NCBI RefSeq assembly: GCF_000400465.1
Contig: NW_008806282.1
Span: 150,001-182,000, forward strand
Reading direction: 5' to 3'
Source: Wallemia ichthyophaga EXF-994
Taxonomy: Eukaryota > Fungi > Basidiomycota
Length of the DNA: 32,000 nucleotides
Shown here: positions 1-8,969 of the stretch, one piece after another
Numbering within the stretch: the first letter of the stretch is position 1
How the letters are laid out: every line of letters begins with the position of its first letter
Notes under the pieces: generated by a model
Database searches by the model: none
Seen by the model: the letters and a program-made list of their open reading frames with translations, nothing else
What the model was told of the DNA's origin: nothing
Position numbers and translations under genes: made by a program

Positions 1-7
1 ATATGTG

Positions 8-1466
8 ATGGGATTTATGCGGTGAGTTGCGTTTCAAGGGAATTGTAACCCACTCACACACCTCTATCCAGACGAGCAGAAGAAGTCGAGCTGCTACAGC
101 TACAAGATTCAGATAACCCGTACTTGATTTATCAGCCACCATTCGCATACTCGCTGCCGTCTCAAATGCTCGTTATCGGAATCGTACTCACTCTATGCAC
201 CGTTCTGCTCTCACACCTCTCTTTCACAGCGCAATACCACTTTCCACTATCAAAGCTCAACTTTCTTTTACAAACGCTGGCTGTCCTCAGTCTCCTTACA
301 AAGGTTTCCGCTGAATTGGCCCTGGCCTCTATCAAGCTTTACGACATTTCCTCAATTTGGCCTTATATGTTTGAATACACGGCTATTGACATACCTTACA
401 TTGAATGGGATGTTTGGAAGACTGGCGCGTGGCTAGCGATGTTAGCTATAGTCTCAGCACTTGTCAATGTGGGTGGTTTCTATTTTTAGCACTGAGATCA
501 CTAATGTCTCACCCCTCACAGCTCACCCACATACAATTCCTCACTCTCCTCTTCCCTTCAGATCTCGAGCAGCTGCTAATATTCACTATTCTTGGCCCTT
601 TAGCCGTCGTTGGCGCTGCTCTCACCTTCTGCGACCTCAGCAGCTCTGACTCCACTATCAAGACCGCAGAGTCAATTAAGAATGTTTGCAACTCTACACT
701 CACCCTTCTCTTCACTGCCGCTTTGATTATCTGGGGTGGCGTTATCAATCGTCGCCGTGCTTGGAGGACTGACGGTGGCACTGCTGCCTTTGGTGTTTTT
801 GCTATAGCCTTGGCTGTTCTTGGTACAGCTGTAAACTTTCTCATCGTCAAAGAAGATGAAGTTCCTTGGTTACAGTCGGTTGAATGGGCTATCGTTATGT
901 GGCAGTCCTGGCTCGGTTTCTGGTGGTGGGTTGGCGCCGGTATGGGCATTGGTGAGGTCGAAGATAGACGCGCACGTAAAACCAAGAAGCAGAAACTCAA
1001 ACGACGTAACAAGAATCGCACAGTCGAATCTCAAGTTGAATCCATGTTCACTGATAATGGTGAGAATCAAGCCGTCAAACGTAGATGGCGGAGTAGTCAC
1101 AATAACACAAACAATATTCATAACACCCCTCAAACTTCCTCGTCAGACTCACCTGAAACTTCCTCAGATACCTTCCTCTTCAGATTCTCGCCCAGCTATC
1201 TCGTTAGTTATGTGTATAATAGTCTCAAACGCGCACACAACGCAGCTGCAAGAATACAAGCAAAAGAATACAAAAAGAAGCAAGAACAACATGAGAGGAG
1301 ATGGGGTCCAGGTGAATTCGCCATGTCCTCAATAAACCCTATTCCTCAACATTCTCAACTCTCAACGACGGATGAGGACACTGAGGCTCTCAAGTCGGAA
1401 AGAGGTGAAAGGAGCTGGTTTAAGTGGTCGGAGAGGTTTCGACGGCGAAGAGCTGATGAGTGGTGA
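8..1466 (+). CDS. palH: PalH/Rim21-family multi-pass ambient-pH sensor; model join(8..21,72..468,522..1466), 451 aa (true start may lie upstream of the window)
   Basis: GT-AG introns 22..71 and 469..521 (branch CTAAT at 501) join ORFs 124..489 and 405..1466 in frame. Multiple hydrophobic helices. Motifs AYSLPSQMLVIGIV, HLSFTAQYHFPL, LTHIQFLTLLFPS, RRRAWRTDGGTAAFG and WWWVGAGMGIGEVED match basidiomycete PalH/Rim21 proteins as I recall them. Charged cytosolic tail. Confidence 0.8.
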
Positions 1467-1615
1467 TTATGAGTACTAGTCAGTGATAGTGTTGGACAAA
1501 ATCAAGACTCAATGAAGGTTCAATGAAGACTCGATATCCGGATAATATACGTTATGAGTTTTGTATAAGTAGTGTAGTATGCATCTTAGAAATATAAATA
1601 TGTTCACTCTCACTC

Positions 1616-2377
1616 TCAATCCTCTTTAAGCAACTTGAGTTTGTCGTGTACACCCCCATGATCATCCTCATCACCCTCCTCCTTGATATCGCCAATCTCG
1701 TCCGCCTTACGCTTCCTGCTAGTCGGATCATCCTCATCGTCGATCAATTCAACCTTGACGTGATTATAAACCCACCACACATTGAAATAGTTGCTACCAA
1801 CCTGTATAGATTTTTTATCAAGCTTGCTGGGTATTTCAGGCAGTGGATATTCCAATTTCTGATTACGACGACGTGGATCACGCAAATTGGAAGCGCCTCT
1901 AAGATGAAATTTGAGATGTTTAGTGATATTTTGTGTACCTACGCTGATCCACTTGACAGAATGTTCCAAGCGATTGATTTCCTTTTTGAACTCCTTACTA
2001 TCGAAATGAGCGTAGACGAGCGAGTACATCCGTTTATCACATTTACGCGCTAGCTTTGCAAGTTCTTCACTTTGGTCTGCGCGCGCTAGCAAGTTCTGCC
2101 ATTGGTGGACACCTTCGTACTTTTCAATCGCTTCGGGACTGTCCATTAGCACGTAGACGAGTATCACATTGAGTGGACCCCATTCAGGGAATTTTATACA
2201 GCTTATTGAATCCGTGTGCAGAAATTTACTTAGCCAGTCGCACAATTCATTCTCTGCCCACAATTTGCGATCGCCTGGATGATTGTCCTGCTCCAGTGGC
2301 GGGAATGGATTCACTATAAAGAATATCGTCTCCTGGTTCTTGTATTTCTTCTTCCATGGCTTCTTCTCGACGAGCAT
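1616..2377 (-). CDS. Uncharacterised protein, 253 aa, single exon
   Basis: Long ORF with a true ATG in AAA-ATG context, filling the gap between two genes. Globular-looking N-terminal 200 aa, acidic tail and NLS-like SRKRKA. No named family recognised. Confidence 0.7.
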   Translation of the reverse strand: MLVEKKPWKKKYKNQETIFFIVNPFPPLEQDNHPGDRKLWAENELCDWLSKFLHTDSISCIKFPEWGPLNVILVYVLMDSPEAIEKYEGVHQWQNLLARADQSEELAKLARKCDKRMYSLVYAHFDSKEFKKEINRLEHSVKWISVGTQNITKHLKFHLRGASNLRDPRRRNQKLEYPLPEIPSKLDKKSIQVGSNYFNVWWVYNHVKVELIDDEDDPTSRKRKADEIGDIKEEGDEDDHGGVHDKLKLLKED

Positions 2378-2472
2378 TTTTCGGTGGATGGGTTGTGGTC
2401 GGTGATCTCATTATAGACATAGATAAAAGAAATGAAAATTGGCATATCTCAATTTTTCAGCTGTTTGTACAT

Positions 2473-5434
2473 TCATCCAACTATCTCGAAATCATCGCGC
2501 ACTCTCACAAGCGGCTTCTTGATCGTCAACAAACTAGCCCTGCCTTCCTCACCACCCGAAGCCGCCACTCCCTCTTTCCAGGTGAACTGCAGTAATTGTC
2601 CACTCGTGATGACCTCTTCTGGCTTCTCCTTCAACCCAAGCACCTGAATCCTTTCAATCTCAATCTCCTCGCCCTCCGTAAACGACATGCCTGGCTCTAA
2701 TTGCGTGCTTCTCAACGCCCATCCTCCTCTGACATCGCTACTGATGCTACTGAAGGTGAAATTTCTATCGATGAAAGCATCACGGGTGTAGTCGAAAGAA
2801 TGCCCGTCATCCAGATACACCCTACCTTGAGCTTCGCCATAGTGATCGAGGGCTATAGTGAGGGTGAGTGGATCGCGAACCATCAGACTAGCCGACCGTC
2901 TAGCGCGTTCCCGTGTAGGTATAATACTCCCGCCCCTAATAAACAGCGGGAGGGTATCTAATTGAGTGGGTATATTGAGAGTGCGATGAATGTGTTCCTT
3001 CGCGAAGCTGATTTGGTGGGTAAAGTAGTCATAGTAAGGCTGAGATCAGCGTCAGTAACAAGCTTAACACACCGAACACAACAAACTCACCTCATCGCCA
3101 CCCAAATATACACCCACGCTCTGCGCATCCTCTTGCACGACAGGCTTCACGAGCAACTCAGCCGCAGCACCGACGTAGAACTGATCATCGATGTCATACC
3201 CCGCTTCATCGCCCGGATGTACCAAGAACTGTGGCCGTATCACCGGCATCCCGTTGCGCGTGCTCGACCTGAATGCCGTGTACCACAACGGGAGAAGGGT
3301 GTAGCGCAGACGGAGCACATCGCGCACAATACTCCGATATGGCTCGCTCAGTGTGTGTGGCTCGCGTCGTTTCGTGTCAATGTGCGCATGCGCTCGGAAA
3401 AAGGGATGGAATGCTCCAGTCTGGTACCATCGCACGAGATATTGCGCAGAGGGGTCGCCGAAAAACCCTCCAACATCCGCACCCGTCAACATTATTCCGG
3501 AAATACTGTTGGCGAGATTCATTGGTGTCGCGCTGCGTAGATGCTCCCACGTGCCGAGGTTATCCCCCGTCCACACCGCACCGAAACGCTGGCTACCGGC
3601 GAAAAATGACCGAGAGAGTACGAAGCTTCGCTCGTTGACTTCCCCTCTTTTTTCTAACCCCTGCGCGGTAAGATTGGTGAAGAGGAGCCCGTTCATGTTG
3701 TGTATGTCGCGGTGCTCGACGTTGCCGTGGAATAGTACATCTTTTGGCATGGTGATTTCAGGCCCATTGAATACAGTGGGCTCGTTCATATCCACCCAAG
3801 TAAACAGATTGCGCGTTGAGTCCTGTGTCGTGTGTTTGAGTGTTGAACGTCATGCGATGCATACTTTCGCTCACCTTCCACTTTTCGAAGCTGAATAGAG
3901 AAATCCACCAGTCCCAGGCTGCGGGGTTGAGCCTGTTGTCGTGAACATGTGAGTAAGTGAGTGGGGATGTGCGAATGAATAGCACCCACATATCTACCCA
4001 CGAAGACGCACCTGCCCAGCACCACCCTTCATACTCAGACTGTCCATCGGGGCGCTTGACCAGCAGCCCTCTATCACTGGCTTCTTGGTAAACGTAAAAA
4101 TTCTCATCGCGGCTTAGATGAGGATCGATAATATTCACCGTCTTGCGCCCAGTCGCTGCGATGCTCTCAATCATATCGACAGGATCAGGGAACTTCCTCT
4201 TATCCCACAGGAAATACTTGTGGCCTTCAGCGTACTCTATATCAAGCCAGAGAACGTCTACAGGCGCATCAATGGAATCGAATCCATCAACAACGCCCAG
4301 CATATCCTTCGACGTGAAGTAGTTCCATCTGCACTGGTGATGTCCAAGGGCGAACTGCTGCGGCAGCTGTACTACACCTGTGAGAGAAGCGTACTGAGCG
4401 AACACATCCTCGACCGACGGACCTGGTATCAAAAAGAGATCAATAATTCCACTCTCGCCCATCCACTGGGTCGAAGTGGAGTGATTCGAGGGATGTTTCA
4501 CATCGATCCACATCTCACTCGCCGAGAGGAGGAAGACAGCGAGAGAGGAGCGCGATGAATGGGCGTGCATCAGCGGCACAGATCCATACAGTGCCATCGG
4601 GGAGCTGGCTTCGTACTCAAACACATCAAGGTTGTACAGCCGATATGGCTCCGTGTACGGCGGTGAGTTGTCGACATATGGCGTGCGCCGTGGTGATGTG
4701 CCGTCTGTAGGTGGAAGTGCGAGCGGTGCTGCGTGCTCCGGTATGCCGTATATATGCGCATGCGACGGGAAGTCAATGTCGAGCGAGAATGCCTGTGGTC
4801 CTTTAGGCTTGGAGTCGGGTTTGTGGTTGAAAGTTTCCTCCCACATTCCCTCTACTCTGGTATCGTCGGTGTCGCTGCGTCGTCTGTAGTGCTCCATGTG
4901 CAGCAAATCATTTGCGTTTATGTCGACGAGTGTCTCACCCGTTGCTGTGTTCCGGAGAGTGAGTCTGAGGGGGTTGTGCTGCACGGTAAATTCAAGTTGC
5001 TGGTGAGTGGAGGTACGGAAACAGAGCACGTCTGTATCGCGAGTGGATTTGACGTCGATGGCGGATGACGCCATCAGATCTGGTTCAGCGATGAGAACAT
5101 ACGAAGCTGTCTGATTGTAGCGCTGATAGATCCCGCCAATCTCATCGATCCTTAGCCTGGGCAAGCCATTTGCTAGTATGTCCACCTGCAACCCAAAGTT
5201 GACATGCGGCGGGGCGAGAAGATTCTTCATACTCCAAGCGAATGTGGCTAACTCTGGCTGTAGACGAGTAGCCGGGGACTGCAACACATACGCTGACTGT
5301 GTGTTCTCATCTCCACCATTTCGCAATCTGCGGCAGAATGAAGATTGATGACATTGCTTGAAATCGTGCTGCTTGACGGGTGCGACGGTGTGAAGGAAAA
5401 GCACTAAAGTGAGAAAGACGATTGACCACCTCAT
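2473..5434 (-). CDS. gls2: ER glucosidase II alpha subunit (GH31); complement(join(2473..3039,3091..3822,3875..3932,3990..5434)), 933 aa
   Basis: Signal peptide MRWSIVFLTLVLFLHTVA followed by VKQHDFKQCHQSSFCRR. Motifs YRLYNLDVFEY, LGHHQCRWNY, WLDIEY, nucleophile WVDMNEP, acid/base VWTGDN, HPFFRAHAH and FIRGGSIIP. Three GT-AG introns (57, 52, 51 nt) give an open frame. Yeast equivalent is ROT2. Confidence 0.95.
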
Positions 5435-5455
5435 CGTGGTTGAGTAGATACCTCC

Positions 5456-6648
5456 ATGGCGGCAACCACCGCGGCAACGACGCCGAGAACGGCAAAAACA
5501 CAGCATCCGACGTCCAATACACCTACAGCCACTCTAGCGCGTTTGATTTGGCGTGGCTGTCTGTCATTCCAGGGCTGGCCACTTGAAGGTGTGTTAGTGC
5601 GCCCACGCTGCCTGGAGCATGTCCAATAACCCCCACAGGCTTCTGCTTTACTACAAATACTTACCCACTTCCCTCCCCCAACATCCACAGCTCCATCGAC
5701 GATCTCACTTTGGCTTTGGAAATGACGCGACATAGACCATTGCGTGTATGCGACAGGCTCAATTTGAATTTAGACAAGTGGATTATAGAAAATACTTACA
5801 TCACAGTGTGGGTAGATCCACGCGCAATTCCTTCAAAAAGGTGGTTAGAACGCGTCTTCGGTGCTTCGTCTTCGACGCATCTACACGCCGTCATCGTATC
5901 GTTGGATGACGTAGCAGATGAGCCAGGTTCGTCTTTGGGAATACACGCGTCACTACTCTCACTCCCCTTCAGATCCGTCTAATGAATTCATTATCTTCCG
6001 CGATAACGCAACTCAATCTCTCAACTTGGGCAGGCGGAAGAAGAAAGTGAGAGAGAGTGCGAATGTCGCAAGGCCAGACGATCCTCTGCCGAGAAGTGTG
6101 TCTGCTCACTCTTCCACTCAATTCTGCCACTAACCATACACACACCAGCCAATGTACCTGCCCAGCCAAAGCTGGCTCCACTCGACAGGCTTAACATGCG
6201 CAAGTCGAGTAGTGAGCTCTCGAGACTATTCCCCTCAAGGCCATCGTCTGAGTCTTCCCGGCGATCTTCAGACAAAGCAATGAAGCCTCCAGAAAGCAAA
6301 CGAAAGAGAAGCTCTCTCATACCAGCTGCAGTAGACGCCATAACAGACTCAGACACAGATGCATCTAAGGACTCTACCGTCTTCGGCACACCATCCAACA
6401 ATCAAACCCAAGCCAATAACAAATCATCCTTCAAAAATCAGATGCTAGCAACATTTGCAAACTACAATCTCAGCCAATCACATCCCGAATTCAACCAACT
6501 TTGGTCGATTTGCATAAAAGGTGTTTCATTCGCATTTAGGCATAGAATCCATACCGATATCATCGACAAAGAGCAGATTGATCAGGTAGTACTGAAACAC
6601 TTGTCCATGTACCTCCCCAACAGACCTTCTGTGAAGGTTGTAAAGTAA
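5456..6648 (+). CDS. Sld7 C-terminal-domain-like protein (putative replication-initiation factor); join(5456..5588,5639..5926,5973..6095,6149..6648), 347 aa
   Basis: Three GT-AG introns (50, 46, 53 nt) join ORF pieces into one frame. C-terminal NKSSFK..SHPEFNQLWSICIKGVSFAFR..IDQVVLKHLSMY resembles Sld7_C. N-terminal RLIWRG, LALEMTRHRPLR and RPDDPLPR resemble basidiomycete members as I recall them. Confidence 0.65.
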
Positions 6649-6687
6649 ACAATGTAATATGCATAATTCATCATTTACTAGCATCTT

Positions 6688-8581
6688 CTAACCATTAATC
6701 TTGGCACTCATCTCAGCCTGTTTGGTGAGAGCAAGCGGACAGTCACCGCGAGGCATCACAACTTCTAATAAAGTGAGTTTGGATGCATTTGCAAAGTTCT
6801 TGTCATTCAAAACCTCATCCAACTCAGCCCTAGTCTTGACTTGGATGCTTTTATGCTCAGCTTGTTTTTGCTTCGAACCAGCTGGTGGCGAGAAGGTCTT
6901 CAACAGCATTTGATGATCAATGTGAGCAATTTCATTGTATGCTGCAGTTTCCCCGTGTATTTTGCGCTCAATTTCATAGCCATCGTTGGATAAGACCACC
7001 AATATTGGCTTAAGTCCAAGCCTTATAATTGTCGCTAACTCTTGAATTGTGAGTTGGAGACTACCATCACCGATAAACAGCACCGTGCGCCTTCCTTGGT
7101 CGCGAGCTGCGATAGCAGCACCTAATGTCCCTGGTAGTGAGTATCCAATCGAGCCCCAAAGCACTTGCGAAATAGCTGTAGCTTTGTCTGGCAAAGTAAC
7201 ATCAAGTATACCAAACGAACTTGTACCAGTTTCTGTGAGAATGACATCTCCAGTGTTGAAGAAATCTCCAAATCTTGGCCAAAACCAGTCATGTGTGATT
7301 GGTGAGTTGAGATTACCCTTGCTTTCTTCAAGAATTTTGACATTCTTCACTTCACGGGCTTTCTTAGCAGCGATAAACTTCTCAGACTTGGTTGGGTCTG
7401 GCTTGGCTATCTTGCGTAGTGCTTCAGCCAGCTTTGGAATGACTACTCTCATAGGAACACCTGGGTATCTAGCATAACCAATTACAGTCTGGTCTGAGTG
7501 TAGCTCTATCGACTTCTTCTCCTTCAAATTCCCACTCCAACTACCTGTATTTCTGTAAGAATCACAATGTAACATAATGATTACCCAACCAACCAGTGTT
7601 AAAGTCTGATGAGAGTGCACCAACGTTGATCACAAGATCACTAGCTTCAGCGAGCTCTTTAGTCTCGACCGGGTTCGAAAGAGCCCCAATGTAAGTACCA
7701 CCGAAATGTGAGTGGGATTCATCAATCGCACCCTTACCCATAGGGGTGTCAAAAAATATCATGTTGCCCTTTTCGACCAGAGCCTGTGCTTGCGCCTCCA
7801 CTCCGTACCTGAGAGCACAAGCGTCGACAACAACGGCAGGGTTCTTAGATTCTTTGAACAGCTTAACAATCTCCTCTACAACAGCATCGTATGCCTTTTG
7901 CTTCTCCGACTCGTCAGCGAAAACGGAGGAGTGAGCTTCAACAAGACCTCTGATTTCATGAGCGCTTGGCAAAGGAGTTTTGAGTGGTGCAGCAGGAATC
8001 TGAGACTTGACGAGATCGCTTGGAAGAGTGAGGTAAACAGGTTTGCAATTGGAGATAGCGTGAACGATAAGTCTGTCTATTTCCCCGCCAGCGCCCTCGC
8101 TCGAACTAAGAAGAGCTTGGGCTGACGTAATTTCACGTGCTGTGTTTGCGAAAGCCGAGTACGAGGAATCGGTAGATGCAAGCGTATGATGGAGCACCTT
8201 GCTGCTCTTCATTACAGATGTTGCCGCCACGCCGACAATGTGGAAGATCGGAAGTCGCTCAGCCATACTCCCAGCAACGCCGTTGATTGCGCTAAGCTCA
8301 CCGACACCCTGCGTCGTAATGAGTGTGGCCATATTCTTACACGTTCTCGCATATGCATCACTAGCATATGCAGCATTGAGTTCATTTGTGTTTCCAATCC
8401 AGTTAAGGCGTGGGTGCTCTTCAAAGTAATCAAGAAGTCCCAAGTTGAAGTCACCTGGAACACCAAAAATTGGTTGCTGCCCACCGCCACCGAGTTGGTC
8501 AATACGGGTGACAAGATATTCAGCAATCGTGCATGTGTTAGAAGGTCTATCGACCTGAGGTGTTATGTCTACAGCTGCCAT
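6688..8581 (-). CDS. PDC1: Pyruvate decarboxylase (ThDP-dependent 2-oxoacid decarboxylase); complement(join(6688..7544,7594..8581)), 614 aa
   Basis: Motifs FGVPGDFN, NELNAAYASDAYAR, GVGELSAING, LHHTL, DAC regulatory site, SQVLWGSIGY, and ThDP motif GDGSLQLT..NDGYEIER. A 49-nt intron 7545..7593 restores DFNTG/SWS. Confidence 0.93.
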
Positions 8582-8607
8582 TGTACGTGTGTGTTTGTAA
8601 GTGATCG

Positions 8608-8613
8608 TTTATA
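8608..8613 (-). promoter_or_regulatory. Candidate TATA box of the PDC gene
   Basis: TATAAA on the minus strand, 26 nt upstream of the PDC ATG, followed by a CA-rich leader. Confidence 0.35.
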
Positions 8614-8662
8614 ACAGCGAACAATCCCGGCGGTGGGAACGAATGATTTGATCCACTGACGA

Positions 8663-8670
8663 TGACGTCA
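8663..8670. promoter_or_regulatory. Perfect CRE/ATF palindrome TGACGTCA in the PDC promoter
   Basis: Exact 8-bp CRE about 80 bp upstream of the PDC ATG. Function is inferred only. Confidence 0.4.
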
Positions 8671-8969
8671 ATTTGATAGAACATCCAGAAAGGTGCTTTG
8701 AATCCAAATTCAAGAATCACAGTAATTTGTTTTTATCGACTGAATATTGATTCTTAGACATGCTTGTTTAATTCCGTTATTTATATATTGCATCATTACG
8801 GCACCCGAGACACATGTGTCCGATAACCGACATTTTAACTCGTGAACGAAAAAAGCCAAAGCCCGTTGAATTATAGAAAAATAACTACAAGCGTGTATCT
8901 TAAAACATATTATAAATGGGAGTAGGGTAGAATCAGGGTAGCAAATAAAGGCTAGAAATTGTGATATCG

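Noticed and set aside
1504-1532. Short direct repeats TCAATGAAG x2 and AAGACTC x2 in the palH/orphan terminator region
   Set aside because: Two short copies only, with no spacer array or terminal-repeat structure; not CRISPR or a transposon end.
5435-5506. N-terminal extension of the gls2 ORF to 5506
   Set aside because: It begins at a non-ATG codon and would bury the signal peptide; the ATG at 5434 gives a canonical one.
5619-5690. ATG 5619 (MSNNPHRLL) as the Sld7-like start
   Set aside because: That frame stops at about 5733 and there is no GT donor to shift it. The ATG lies within predicted intron 5589..5638.
5945-5950. MCB element ACGCGT in intron 2 of the Sld7-like gene
   Set aside because: The same hexamer occurs in unrelated coding regions of this window (near 25180 and 27512), so it is not distinguishable from chance.
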